A stretch of DNA of 64,000 bases, taken from Mobula hypostoma. Lineage: Eukaryota. Under the pieces are notes generated by a model that saw only the letters and a program-made list of their open reading frames with translations, searched no databases and was not told where the DNA came from. A program made the position numbers and the translations under genes. How positions within the stretch are numbered: the first letter of the stretch is position 1; each line of letters begins with the position of its first letter. The DNA lies in assembly GCF_963921235.1 (NCBI RefSeq), contig NC_086097.1, positions 129,210,001-129,274,000 of the forward strand. The letters run 5' to 3'. Of the stretch, positions 1 through 13,453 are shown one piece after another.

Positions 1-70
1 TGGAATGACTGACCAGACTCAGTAGGCCAAATAGCCTAATTCTGCTCCTTTGTCTTATGACCTTATAGTA
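1..70 (+). mobile_element. CR1 LINE 3' tail fragment
   Basis: gcctaattctgctcctttgtcttatgaccttatag matches the CR1 3' ends at ~50930-50990 and ~59860-59890. Confidence 0.7.
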
Positions 71-204
71 TTGAGAAGCTCAAATCCATGCATCAAAAGC
101 ACGGCGGTAGTAACAAGAGTATGCAACCCCATCCCATCAGCCACATCCTGTCCTGGCCATGGAACAGACTGCTATTCTTACATCAGTCCCATCAGCCACC
201 ACAG

Positions 205-505
205 CTCTCACAAAGTTCCAAGTACATTTATTATACAAGTATGCATACATTATACAACCTTGAAGTCGGTCTCCTTACAGGCAGCCACAAAACAAGAAAC
301 CCAAAAGAACCCATAAAAAAAACACCCAATATGCAGAGAGAGAGGAAAAAAACAAATAGTGCAAACAATAAAAGTAAGCAAATTGCATTTAGAACAAAAG
401 GGAGTCTTCAGAGACGTCGCCTGGGGCAACCAGAGCAGGCCCAGAGCCACAGCCTCAGTTCAGTACATAGCGAAGTAAACACTGCCTCCAGCAGCACCAT
501 CTTAA
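205..505 (-). mobile_element. Short non-autonomous non-LTR repeat (AAGATGG head, aataaatgtactt tail)
   Basis: Reverse complement shares its 3' end with 44100-44210 and 17560-17645; AAGATGGTG at 503-495. Confidence 0.55.
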
Positions 506-1361
506 AAGGTGGTAGCAAGTCAGCCTCAATCCCTCGGGACTGCCCATAAAGAAAAAAAACCCTTTTGTGATCTTGACTGAGGCTAGGTATTACCCAGGAA
601 ACCAAGTGAATATCTCCTCATCTTCAAAATGTGGCCTTTGGTTGTCTTTAGTCTGCCTGCAAAGGCAGACAGGATCTCAGATTAACATTCAGAACAAAAG
701 CAAACTACTGGAAATTCTCAGCAATCAGGAGACATCCATGGGAAGAGAAACTGAGTTAATGTTTCAAGTTGAAGACCTCATGCCGGAACCGTAGCTACAT
801 CCTTATGGGGATATTACACACTGTTCTTGTCAGATTTTGTTTCATTATGGTTGTATTACCACATTAAATATAATTACAAGTTTCTGTAGCAACAATTTGC
901 CAAAGAAACTCAGCATGTTCTATGGTAACATCTGTGGGTGGAATGGAATTGTTAACATTTTGGGACGAAACCCATTAGTATTTCCAATACTCAATGTAGT
1001 TTGATGATATCATGGTCTCACCAAAGGTCTTCAACCTGTAGTATTGACTCTGTTTCTCTTCCCACAGATATAGTCTAATCTGCTGAGTATTTCCAATACT
1101 TTAGACCTACAATATTGAGCCCTGCTGAAGGAAATCAGCTCTGATTTATGTGCGTAAAACAGAATTGGGCTTTGAAGCTCTTAGGCAGGCAGGGGACTGT
1201 GCAGAGAACGGAGGGATACGGACCTTTTGTGGGCAAAGAGATTAGGTATCATTAATTACCTTGGTACAACATCGTGGGCAAAAGAGCTTATTCTTCTATC
1301 GTGCTATTCTGCCATATGTTCTTGGTCTACCTCCTGGCTTAGAAAGTGAGAGCAAACTCAC

Positions 1362-1458
1362 CTGACCCACAAATGTCACATCTCTTGGTTTCATGGTGTG
1401 CACCATAACTGCTAGCTCCATAGAAGCAGCAGCTTTGCATAGACAAGTTCCCAGGAAC
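1362..1458 (-). CDS. Candidate internal exon (97 nt) of an unidentified host gene
   Basis: Acceptor ttttgaaagcag, donor CAG|gtgagt; open in phase 0 (VPGNLSMQSCCFYGASSYGAHHETKRCDICGS); not repeat-like; no homology recognised. Confidence 0.3.
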
Positions 1459-2059
1459 CTGCTTTCAAAAGACCCATACTTAATGAGTCCCAGCAGTTTC
1501 ACACTGAGCTGGCCACGAAGCCACTCCATAATGAGTTGAAAATGGTGCAGCAACATCAGTAATCAAATTGTAGCATGAATGCTCAGAATGAACACAAGGA
1601 CATTAATATTCTAAAAGTATTTCTGTTTCACTGTTCATCTTCCCTGCACTGTTTGGTAAGCTCATGAGGTTAAACTTCCTTCTTCCTCATTGCATGATCG
1701 TTATACAGAGCCAGTGAACCCTAGATTGATCCATTACAGCACAGAAACATGCCCGTCAATCTATCATGTTGCTGCCAAACATCAAATACCCATCTCTCAT
1801 GATCTCCTTTCTCAGCATCTGGACTGCAGCTTTCTATACCGTGGTGATTCAAGTGCTCATCAGATGCTTCATAAATGCACCAGCTTCTTAAAACTACTGT
1901 ACCAGTGAAGGTGTTACATTTTGTAATGTCAGACCAGGGAAGGATATTCACAGTGAATGATGGGGTCCTGGGTGGTGTCACTGCACACTTGAGCTTCAAC
2001 TTAAATCAAAGCTCTCTGATCTTAGATACCTCTGCAGTGGGGAAAAGTGCCACACTCAT

Positions 2060-2345
2060 AATTTGTATATGAAGTCCCCCTCCCTCCTCTGTTCCAAAAA
2101 ACAAAAGCAAGCCCAGTCTATCCAGACTCTCCTCACACCCAACACTCCCCATCCCAGACAACTTCCTGGTGAATCTCCTCTGCACCCTTCCAGAGCAATC
2201 ACGCCCATCCTACAGTGAGACAGGCGAAACTGGACACAAAATACTCTATCCATGACACAAACAAGACCTGCCCGTTCCTACATTCAATGTTCCAGCTAAT
2301 GATGGTAAGCAGCCCGTGTTTCTTCATCAACACCCTATCTACTAG
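2060..2345 (-). mobile_element. Degraded CR1 RT C-terminal fragment
   Basis: ORF 2056..2253 (FCVQFRLSH...IALEG...GDFIYKL) resembles the CR1 YCVQFWSP...RGDLIEVYK segment. Confidence 0.6.
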
Positions 2346-2554
2346 TCAATGAACCTTGAGCCAAGGGAGGCTCCATACCCACAGGAAGGGCCAAATCAGC
2401 AGAAAGAATGGAACCTGAGGAGCATCTGGGGCCAAGGTGACCAGAGAATCTTCTTTAAGGCACACCCTGGTATCTACAAGCAGCTTCCCACCCGCCAGAT
2501 AGCACAGCTCAGAGCAGCTGCCTCAAAGTAGAAAAACTTCATCGGTCCAAAGCA

Positions 2555-5500
2555 CCATAAGACCTTAAGATAGAATCAGTTAGGCTATTCAGCCCATCGC
2601 GTCTGCTGCACTGTTACATCACGGCTGATTTATGATTTATCCATCACGGCTGATTCCTCTCAAACCCATTCTCCTGCCATCTCTATAACCTTTAATGTTC
2701 TGACTAACCAAGAAGCTATCAACCTCTGCTTTAAATATAACTAATGACTTGGCGTCCCGAGCCCTCCAAGGCAATGAATCCTACAGATTCACCTCCCTCT
2801 GGCCAAATAAATTCCTCCTCGTCTCTGTTCTAAATGGATGCCCCTCTATTCTGAGGCTGTGTCCCCTGGTCACAGACTCACACAGTATCATAAACATCCT
2901 GTCCACATCCACTTCAATGAAAACCCCTCACTCCTCTAAACTCCAGCAGGTACAGGCCCAGAGCTATCAAACGATCCTCATGTCTTAATCCTTTCATTCC
3001 TAGGGTCATTCTCTTGAAGCTCTTCCAGACCCTCCCCAACGCCAGCACTTCTTTTCTTAGATAAGGGGCCCAAAACTGCCCACAATATTCCAAGTGAGGT
3101 CTGAGCGATGCTTTATAAAGCCTCAGCATTACGTCCTTCCACTTGTATTTGAGTCCTCTTGAAATGAAGGCTGACATTCCATTTGCCTTCCTTATCACTG
3201 ACTCAACCTGCAAGTTAACCTTTAGGGAATCCCACAAGAGGACTCCCAGGTCCCTTTGCCACTCTGATTTTTGAATTTTCTCCCTATTTAGAAAATAGTC
3301 CACACCTTTATTCCTTCTGCCAAAATGCATGATCATGCACTTTCTTACACGATGTTCTATCTGCCACTTCTTTGCCTATTCCCCCAATGTGTCTAAGTTA
3401 TTCTGCAGACACCCTGTTTCCTCCAGGTTATCTGCCTCTCTATTTATCTTCGTATTGTCCGCAAACACGGCCACAAAACCATCAATTCCATCATCCAAAT
3501 CACTGACATATAATCTGAAAAGAAGCAGTCCCGATACCAATGCCTACAAAAAAGCAATAGTCTCTAGCAACCAACCAGACAAGGCCCCATTTACTCCCAC
3601 TGTATGCCTCCTCCCAATCAGCTACTCTTCTATCCATGCAAGTATCTTTCTTGTAAAACCATGGGCTCTATCTTGATAAGCAGCCTCACATGTGGCACCT
3701 TGTCAAAGGCCTTCTGAAAATCCAAATAAACGACATCCACTGACTCTCCTTTGTCTATCCTGCCTGTTATTTCCTCATAGAATTCCAACAGATTTGTCAG
3801 GTGAGATTTCTTTTAAGGAAACTATGCTGACTTTTGTATGTTTTATCACGTGCCTCCAAAACCTCATCCTTAGTAATGGATTCCAAACACTATAATCAAG
3901 TGAAATGGCCTACAATTTTCTTTCTTCTGCCTCCCTCCCTTCCTTCCTAAAGAGTGGAGTGATATTTGCAATTTTCCAATCCTCCAGAACCATTCTAGAA
4001 TGTACTGATTCTTGAAAGATCATTACTAATGCCTCCACAATATCGTTAGTTACCTCTTTCAGAACCCTAGGGTGTAGTTCAGGTGACTTACCTACTACAC
4101 CTTCAGTCATTCCAGTCCCGAGCACCTTGTCCTTATTAACAGCAACTACACTCACTTCTGCCCCCTAACATTCTTGAATTTCTGATATACTGCAAGTGTA
4201 TTCCACAGCGAAGACTGATACAAAATAATTATTAAGTTCTTTCTCCCCTGTAAACTACCTCTCCAGCATCATTTTCCAGCGGTCTGATATCCACTCTCAC
4301 CTCTCTGTTACTATTTAACTTCCGGTATCATTTTATTATATTACTAGCTAGCTTAACTTCATATTTCATCTTTTTCCTCGTTATAGATTTTTAGTTAGCT
4401 TCTGTGTTTTTCAAAAGCTTCCAAATCCGTGAACTTCCCACTAATTTTTGCTATATTATATGCCCTTTCGTTTCATTTCATGCTGTCTTTGACTTCCCTT
4501 GTCTGCCACAGTTGCCTCATCCTCCCTTTAGAATACTTCTTTATTTTTGGAATGTACTTATCCTGCACCTTCCAAGTTGCCCCCAGAAACTCCAGCCACT
4601 GCTGTTCAGCCGTCATCCCTGCCAGTGTCCGCTTCCAATCAAATTTGGCCAGCTCCTCTCTTATGCCTCTGTAATTCCCTTTACTCCACTGTAATACTGA
4701 TATATCTGACTTCATCTCTTCCTTCTCACGCCATGGGGTGAATCCTATCATATTATGATCACTGACTCCTAAGGGTTATTTTACCTTAAGCTCCTTCATC
4801 AAATCTGGTTCATTACACAACACACAAACCAAACCTGCCTTTCCCCTAGTGGGTTTAACCACAAGCTGCTCTAATAAGCCATCTCATAGGCATTATACAA
4901 GTTCCCTCTCTTGGGATCCACCACCAACCTGATTTTCCCAATCTACCCACATATTGAAATCCTCCATGACTATCGTAACATTGCCCTTTTTATGTGCTTT
5001 TTCTAACTCCAATTGTAATTTATATCCCCTATCCTGGCTACTGTTCAGAGGCCTCTACATCATTCCAATCAGAGTCTTTTTACCTCTGCAGTTTCTTAAC
5101 TCTACCCACAAAGATTCTACATTTTCTGATCCTATGTCACTACTTTCTAAGGACTTGATTTCATTTTTTTTACCAAAAGAGCCACCCCACCCCTCCACCT
5201 ACCTGACAGTCCTTTCGATGCAATGTATATCTTCAGTAATATACAATCTCACACCAGCCTATCTCTAACTTCACTACACGATCATCAACCCTATTCCTTA
5301 TGCAGTCAAATATAACACCTTCAGACCTGTATTCATCACCTTTTTCAACATTGCCCCCATGTTACACTTCAATTCATCTCACTGAATACAATTTTGCCCT
5401 ATCATCTGTCTGTCTCTCCTCACAGTCTCACTACACACAGCACCTACCTGTACACTAACTAACCGATCCTCAGCCCCACTCCAGTTTCCATCCCCCTGCC

Positions 5501-5735
5501 AATTTAGTTTAAACCCTCCACAACAGTTCTAGCAAGCCTGCCCACAAGGATATTGATTCCCCCTTGGGTTCAGGTTTAACCTGTCCCTTTTATACAGGTC
5601 ACACCTTCCCCCAGAAGAGATCCCAATGATCCAGAAATCTGAAACCCTTCACCAGTTCCTCAGCCACTCTTTCATCTGTACTATCATCCTATTCCTGCCC
5701 TGACAAGCACACGGCATGGGAGTAATTCAGAGATT
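2555..5735 (-). mobile_element. CR1 LINE, 5'-truncated and degraded (ORF2 EN+RT, end of ORF1)
   Basis: ORF pieces HFGRRN...RDLGVL...RPHLEYCGQFWAPYL, KSPELHPRVLKE...WKIANITPLF, QWSKGNYRG; CR1 tail at 2555-2700. Confidence 0.9.
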
Positions 5736-8408
5736 AAAAGACTCTTGATGTTGTGAGAGAAACAAGAAGACAAGAAGGCAGAAAGGAAGGGACTATTAAT
5801 AAACCTGGCCACTTTGCTCACTATCAGGGCTTGGATTGGCAGCCTGGTGCCATTTAATCGAGGCAGGACCACCTTCAGAAACTCTAAGTATGTTGTCTTA
5901 GATAAGCTCATTTGGAATGTCCATGGGCCAATTCCACTGTCAAACAAGTTAAAGCTGCTGCTGTTTGGAACTAGACAACAGCGTTCACAAATACTGGGGG
6001 TCAGCTAAACCCCCCCTCCCTAAAGAGTTAAATACGCGTGGTTAAAACAGCTCTGCCATAGATCCAGAATTCATCCATTTCCCCTGGATCCTGAAGCCAG
6101 TGAGAAGCAAGAGCCCCATTAAATACCCATATAGTTAATAGGACTCAAGGCATCTGCTGAAAGGATGGGGGGTATGGGAACCCATCTCGATGAAACAGGC
6201 TGGGAAATCTCATCTGAAGGCTGCATCAGACACCCCACCCTGACAAAGCAGCTTCAATCCCCTTCCCCACCATCTAATTTTGCGCCACTCACCCTTCCTC
6301 CCCCATTCACAGAATGGTTTTAACCCTCTTCCTCACCAGTTAATCTGGTGCTGGTATCGGAGCACCAAGCACCAGGATCTTGGCCTGCAACAACTTCTTA
6401 GCTCCCATCCCCCTCTCTTCTCCTTGGCCACGCCCATCTTCGGTGGCCAGCACGGTGAAAGGGAGGTGCCAGGACTTGAGCTCAAGCTACAAACCAATAG
6501 ACAGGACAAGCCGCAAACTCACTCACATTTACAATCACCACCACCCCACCATGGTTCCCCACCACATGCAAACCAAGGGCAGAAAGCACTTTATAAAACT
6601 ACTGTCTTCTCTTAATGCATACCCAGACAATCTAACCTGAAGACAATAAAGCTATCGAGATGACTTGCCAAGAAGCTCCCAAGAAGGACCGTGTTTGATT
6701 AGAAAATGTTGGAAAGGGTAGTACCGTTGTCCTGTTGGGAGAACCGTGCAATATTTAGGATCTAGAGTAGACATGGGTCCGTCTGGAGAGTACATCAGTA
6801 CTTTAAGTCACTTGAAGACTGTCCAGAGGGGAGATGAGGATATTCTTCAGCAAGCAAAACTTCATTAATCCGTACACTTGAGACTTTGATGGTGCCAGAC
6901 TATTAAATTCTGCAGACTATTGGATGTTATTCATTATTATGTCATCCGGTTTTATTATTTTTAAGATGTCATAGTAGAATAATAAGTGTACCAGTGAATC
7001 CTATAGGTTTAAAGGGATTGTTAGTAAACAGAAAAGCTCTGATAGTTCATGGCAATGTAGGAAACAAAGCCACAGTGAGTTTCTAGAGAGCATGGGGCAT
7101 AGGTGCAGTGGCACTTAGTGGAACAGAGGGTAGGAACTGGGGACCCAGAGCTCAAAATGGAGCACAGGAACTGGGACACTGATGTTGGGAAAGATGCACG
7201 GGGACTTGGGCCCCACTAAGCAGAAAGGAAGGGCGGGAAATGGTGTGGTGAGTTTATAGGGCATATGGGAACCCTGGACCCCTGGAGTCAGAAGGGAACA
7301 CAACAAACATCACCTGGTGAGCCATATGTCAAACCATTAAGATTTCCAGCATGGTCAAATAACAGATTATTGGAGTTTCATTAAATTTACTCAAGACAGC
7401 TGTTAAAATCTGGAATACTCTTGAACATCAAAACAAATCTTCAGATGCTAAAAATCTGAGACTAAACAAAATGTTGGAAACACTCAATAAGACAGGCAGC
7501 ATCTATGGAGAGGAACAGGAATTAAAATTCAATTTAGGGACCTTATCAGAGAAAAGGTTTATTTTTTTCCCCTGAATTTTGCATGGGAAGTGTTTTCCAT
7601 GGGGAGTGATAGTTGATTCTGTGAACAAATCTTATAGAGGATTGGTCAGCAGCTTGGAGGAATACACAAGCTTACAGTCAACAAGCTGCTTGGAACTGCA
7701 GTTGGAATTGGTTTATTACTGTCACATACACCAAGATACAGTGAAAAGCTTGTCTTGCATACTGTTCATACAGGTCTGAACATTCCAAGGTGAAATGAGG
7801 TAGAACAAACAAACAGAATGAAGTGTAACAGTAGAAGAATACGTTCAGTGCAAGATTAGAATGAGGTAGATGGCTGCATATTCAAAGAGCTAGGTCAGTT
7901 GCAAAGGGCTGAATAGCCTCCTTCTTGCTATCCATAGTGAGAGGATTTGCAACCTGTGCACCTGGTGAAGATGGCAGAGGCACATAGCACAAAGTCTGTC
8001 TTGAAAGACCACACACAGCCCAAGATATTTCCATCCATGAACCTCGATGGAAAAGCCTGCACATGTAGATATAAGTAAGGTCAGACTTGCGGTGTGTGGA
8101 TCAGACTCTAAAGGAAGGTCAAAACTGTCACTCTATAAATGTCAGATTTTTGGATGAAATCTTAGTTTGCTCAAAAATTTCTACACAATGCAATTTTTTC
8201 AACTGTTGCCTTTGGACTGCATTTATGCAAAAATGTCTACTAAGTAATTATTAAAATATCAATCTTGACAAGAGCAAACTACTTTGAGCTTCCTTTGAAA
8301 GATAATAATGTATTCTTTAAGAGAATAATTCATCTTTGTAATAACATGCAGTATTTTATGTAATATAAGCGCAATAAAATTAAAATCTCTCATTGGCAAT
8401 AAGGAAAT

Positions 8409-11290
8409 AATCAGAATCAGGTTTAATATAACAGCACATGCTTACTTTACTATACATTCAGTGTGTGAGTGTGTGTGTATATATATATATATATATAATA
8501 TCTAAGTTAAAGTAAGTAGTGCAAAAAACACAGAAATAAAAAAAGTAGTGAGATAGTGTTCATGGGTTCAATGTGAATCATAAGTGTGTGCCTTCAAGCT
8601 TCTGTACCTCCTTCACAATGGGAACACTGAGGGCACATCCTGGGTGCTGGGGATTCTTAATGATGGATGCAGCCTTCCTAAGGCACCGCTCCCTGAGGCT
8701 AGTACCCATGATGGAGCTGACTAATTTTACAAATTTCTGCAACTTATTTCAATCAAGTGCAAAAACCCCCACTTCCAATAACAGACAGTGATGCAGCCAG
8801 TCAGAATGCTCCCTCCATGGTACATTGTAGATGTTTTTGAGTGTTTTAGGTGACAAAACAAATCTCCTCAAACTCCCAACGAAATATAACTGATGTCTTG
8901 TCTCCTTTATAGCAGCATCAATATACTGCATCCAGGTAAGGTCCTCAGAGACATCGATACCCAGGAACTTGAAATTTCTCACTCTCCTCACTTTTGGTCC
9001 CTCTGTGAGGATTAGTTTGTGTTCCCTCATCTTACCCTTCCCAAAGTCCACAATCAGTTCTTTGGTCTTGCTGACATTGAATGCAAGGTTGTTGCTGTGA
9101 CACCACTCTACTAACCGGTATGTCTCACTCCTGTATGCCCTTTCATTACCATCTGAAATTCTGCCAACCATGGTTGTATCATCAGCAAATTTACAGACGC
9201 TCTTTGAGCTATGCCTAGCCACACACTCATGGGTGCAGAAAGACTACAGCAGTGAGCTAAACACACATCCCTGTGGAATGCCAGTGTTGATTGTCAGCGA
9301 GGTGGAGATGTTATTTCCAATCCACACAGATTGTGGTCTTCAGGTTAAGAAATCAAAGATCTAGTTGCAGAGGGAGATACAGAGGCCCAGGTTGCTTTTC
9401 AATCAGGATAGTGGTAATGATGGTGTTAAATACAGAGTCATAGTCAAGAAACAGCAACCTGACATGAGTATTTGCATTATCCAGGTGATCCAAGGCTGCA
9501 TGGAGAGCCATTGAGATCACAGCTGCTATAGACCAATTGTGGCGATTGGCAAACTGCAGTGGCAAACTCCAGGTCCTTGCTGAGACAGGAGTTCATTCTG
9601 AACATGACTAACCTCTCAAAGCATTTCATCACTATAGATATGAGTGCTACTGGGCAACAGTCATTGGGGCAGCTCACACTGCTCTTCTTGAGCACTGGTA
9701 TAATTGTTGCCTTTTTGAAGCCAGTGGGAGCTTCCGACTGTAGCAGTGAGAGATTGAAAATGTCTTTGAATACTCCCGCCAGTTAGTTGGCACAGGTTTT
9801 CAGAGGCTTACCAGGTACTGCATTGGACCCTGCCATCATGTGAGGGTTCACTGTCTTGAAAGGGAGCCTGACATCGGCCTCTGAGACAGAGATCACAGGG
9901 TCATCAAATGCTGCAGAGTTCCTCGGAGCTGTGGTTTTATTCTCCCTTTCAAAGCCAGCATAAAAGGCGTTGAGCTTATCTGGTAGTGAGGCATTGCTGC
10001 CATTCATGATGTTGGGTTTTGCTTTGTAGGAAGTAATGGCCTGCAAATCCTGCCAGGGTTGACATTTATTCAGTGTTGCCTTCAACCTCACTCAGTATTG
10101 TTTCTTGGCTCTTGAAATAACTCTCTGTAAGTCATACCTGGTTTTCTTATACATACTTGGATTGCCAGACGTAAATGCCATAGATCTAGCCCTCAGCAGA
10201 TTACAAACCTCTTGGTTCATCCACGGCTTTTGGTTTGGGAAAGCGGAGCAAGTTTTTGTGGGCACACACACATCCACACAGGTTTTAATGAAGTCGGTAA
10301 CAAATGCAGCATTCTCATCCAGTCCACCAATTCAAAGCAGTCCTGAAAGCACTCCTGTGCTTCCCTGGTCCGTACCTTCTTGGTCCTCACTACTGCTGCT
10401 GCAGTCTTCAGTCTCTGCCTACACTCGGGGAGTAGAAGTACAGCCAGGTGATCAGACTTACCAAAGTGTGGGTGTGGGATAGCATGGTAAGCACTCTTGA
10501 ACTTAATAACAGTGCGTTATTTCCTCTGGTACTACAGGTGATTTGTTGATAATAATTATTTATTGACTTTATCAAGCTAGTCTGGTTAAAATCCCCCAGA
10601 ATGATGGGGAATGCATCAGGATGTGCTGTTTCATGCCTGTTGATTATACTGCTCAGTTCGTCTAGAGCCTGCTTGACTTTGGCCTGGGGTGGAATGTACA
10701 CTGCTACCAAAGTGATCGTTGAAATCTCCCACAGCAGATAAAATAGACAGCACTCAATTGCAAGGTACTGTAGGTCTGGTGAACCGTATTGCAATGTCAC
10801 CAACACTTTACTACACCATGAGGCATACGCCTCTACCTCTGCTTTTGAGAGATTCGACCAACCTATCTTGACAAAGTATTGTGAAACTGTCTATTCGAAT
10901 CACTCTGGCTGGCATGGAAGGGCTTAACTAAGATTCTGTAAAACAAAGGACACGTTCAATCTTAACATCCCTCTGATACAGCACCCCAGCTCTGAGATCG
11001 TCAATTTTATTTACCAGAAACTGTAGGTTTGCCAGCAAGACAGGTTGGCACTGGGAGTCGAAAACCTCATTTCTTTTTAAATGCACCATCCGACCAGCAC
11101 ATCGATCCCTCTTGCACCGGTGCCTCTTAAAGGGGCAGTGTGCCAGCCACAGTCCAGTCTATTTCCATCTGTTTTAAGTAGTGATAGATCATTTAATCAC
11201 ATTAAAACTTCATCACTGACTGTACAGATCATAGATGCAGTTATGGTTCTCAGCTGTTGCAGGCTAAAACAAGAATATTTGATGATTTCC
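8409..11290 (-). mobile_element. Rex1/Babar-type LINE, long degraded copy (APE + RT)
   Basis: VAVYIPPQA...GDFNQ (APE), PNQKPWMN, CPVALISIVMKCFERLV, KFADDTT...KTKELIVDF (RT); (CTGATT)n tail at 8409-8420. Confidence 0.9.
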
Positions 11291-11513
11291 ATCATTTTCA
11301 AGGAGAGCTTCTGTTCCAGTTGTCCATGGTGTTGGCACTCCGGAAATACAGTACTGCAGATGACTGAAATTTTGGTTTACATGGTAGGTCTTAGGGAGAG
11401 ACTTAGAGGTGGAGAGAGAGCAAGAGAGGTTTAGAAATGGAATTCCATAAGGAACACACATCAAAGTTGCTGGTGAACGCAGCAGGCCAGGCAGCATCTC
11501 TAGGAAGAGGTAC

Positions 11514-11549
11514 AGTTGACGTTTCAGGCCAAGACCCTTTGTCAGGAAT
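11514..11549 (-). ncRNA. Minimal type I hammerhead ribozyme motif, mutated core
   Basis: Minus strand ATTC-CTGACAA-AGGGTCTTGGCCT-GAAA-CGTC-AACT; G8 of CUGANGA is changed to A. Confidence 0.6.
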
Positions 11550-11849
11550 AACTGAAGGAAGAGCTAGTAAGAGATTTGAAAGTTGGAGGGGGAGGGGGAG
11601 ATCCAAAATGACAGGACAAGACAGGAGGGGGAGGGATGGAGCCAAGAGCTGGACAGTTGATTGGCAAAAGGGATATGAGAGGATCATGGGACAGGAGGCC
11701 CAGGGAGAAGGAAAAGGGGCGGGGGGAAGCCCAGAGGATGGGCAAGGGGTATAGTGAGAGGGACAGAGGGAGAAAAAGGAGAGAGAGAGAAAGAATGTGT
11801 ATATATAAATAAATAAATAATGTATAGGGTACGAGGGGGAGGTGGGGTA

Positions 11850-12025
11850 TTAGCGGAAGTTTGAGAAATCAATGTTCATGCCATCAGGGTGGAGGCTACC
11901 CAGACGAAATATAAGGTGTTGTTCCTCCAACCTGAGTGTGGCTTCATCTTTACAGTACAGGAGGCCGTGGATAGACATATCAGAATGGGAATGGGATGTG
12001 GAATTAAAATGTGCAGCCACTGGGA
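11850..12025 (-). pseudogene. C-terminus of Penelope-like GIY-YIG endonuclease
   Basis: Manual translation PVAAHFNSTSHSHSDMSIHGLLYCKDEATLRLEEQHLIFRLGSLHPDGMNIDFSNFR*. Confidence 0.8.
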
Positions 12026-12220
12026 GCATCCTCTGGGCTTCCCCCCTCCCCCTTTTCTTTCTCCCTAGGCCTCCTGTCTCATGATCCTCTCATATCCCTT
12101 TTGCCAATCAACTGTCTAGCTCTTGGCTCCATCCTCCCCCCACTCCTGTCTTCTCCTATCATTTTGGATCTCCCCCTCCCCCTCCCACTTTCAAATCCCT
12201 CACTAGCTCTTCTTTCAGTT

Positions 12221-12256
12221 AGTCCTGACGAAGTGTCTCGGCCCGAAACGTCGACT
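12221..12256 (+). ncRNA. Minimal type I hammerhead ribozyme motif
   Basis: AGTC-CTGACGA-AGTGTCTCGGCCC-GAAA-CGTC-GACT: helix I AGTC/GACT, intact core, palindromic ACGT helix III, GUC site ending at 12252. Confidence 0.75.
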
Positions 12257-12462
12257 GTACCTCTTCCTAGAGATGCTGCCTGGCCTGCTGCGTTCACCAG
12301 CAACTTTTATGTGTGTTGCTTGAAATTCCAGCATCTGCAGATTTCCCTGTGTTGTGTTCCATAAGGAACAGCGTTTGAGTCTGTAGTCACCACAATACAG
12401 AAATTAAATTTGGAAGCAATCTAGATCTGGAAATTGGTAGAGCAATGATATCCTGTAAAGTC

Positions 12463-13354
12463 TGTGACAAGAATACACATAGATTAAGATGTTAGCTGTC
12501 CTGTACTGGCACCAGTGGGATCAGTAGTTGGTCTGCCACCTGTCTTCAGGAGAGAGAGAGATAAGGAAAACAATGGAGCAACACTTGGAGATGTTAATGA
12601 AGGGACAGGAGAGAGTAACGGAAGGAGAGCTGTCAAGATCGGCTCCCCCTTTGAACCCTTAACTATTTGAAGTGATGGACAGGCGATACCCCAGCAGGGG
12701 GATAAAAAGGGACAGGTTCGCTAAGGCAGGACACACACGACACCCCGAGGTAACGAGACCCTGGAAGCGGTGCGTCTCTCACAAGTCGGTGGGAAGTTCT
12801 TGGACGGCTGGTCGCGGGATCAAGCCATAGACGCTCAGGGTGGAAAGGCACGATCGGCGGGAACCTGGTGTGTGTCCACCCTTGCCTGGGTGCCAGGTTC
12901 ACCGCAGAGAAATGATCGTATCTGGAAACGGTGGGGTCACGGTAGGTGACCTCAGATGACATCACAAAGGACTCGCCTGAAAGCTGACTGCGAAGGTCTG
13001 CGTGGAAGCCGTTTTGAATATTCATTCGTTTTGCTCTCTCTCTCCTTCCCCCCACTGTCCATCGCCACGGCAGCGATTACTGCGAACTGAACTGAACTAA
13101 ATTGAACTGAACTTTGCATCACTTTGAAACTGGTCATTTACCCCTAGACAACGATAGAGCTTGATTGATCCTGTTATCTTAATTCTGTGTACATGTGTGT
13201 TTATCATTGCTGAACTGTTGCATTCATTATCCTTTTGATTAGAGTACTGTGTTGCTTGTTTCTTTAATAAAACTTTCTTAGTTCTAGTAATCCAGACTCC
13301 AACTGAGTGATCCATTCCTGCTGGTTTGGCAACCCAGTTATGGGGTACGTAACA
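12463..13354 (+). repeat. 5' LTR
   Basis: TGTGAC...GTAACA; AATAAA near 13266; direct repeat of 16555-17446 with about 16 substitutions counted by eye. Confidence 0.95.
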
Positions 13355-13358
13355 TAAG

Positions 13359-13377
13359 TGGGGTTCTCGTCGGCGAT
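13359..13377 (+). promoter_or_regulatory. Degenerate tRNA-Pro primer binding site
   Basis: TGGGGTTCTCGTCGGCGAT versus canonical TGGGGGCTCGTCCGGGAT, 4 nt after the 5' LTR. Confidence 0.7.
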
Positions 13378-13453
13378 TTTGAACGCTAAATTTGGGACGG
13401 AGTAAATTGATTGGGTCAAAATTCCCGAAAGAAAGAAAAGACAAACAGCAGAA

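Larger units (their letters stand above)
11453..12356. mobile_element. Penelope-like element fragment with inverted pseudo-LTR arms
   Basis: ~290-bp inverted arms 11453-11740 and 12027-12317; spacer encodes a GIY-YIG C-terminus; flanking duplication TTCCATAAGGAACA at 11443-11456 and 12357-12370. Confidence 0.85.

Noticed and set aside
12663..13444. Antisense ORFs duplicated at 16725-17452
   Set aside because: Duplicated only because they lie in the LTRs; no domain recognised
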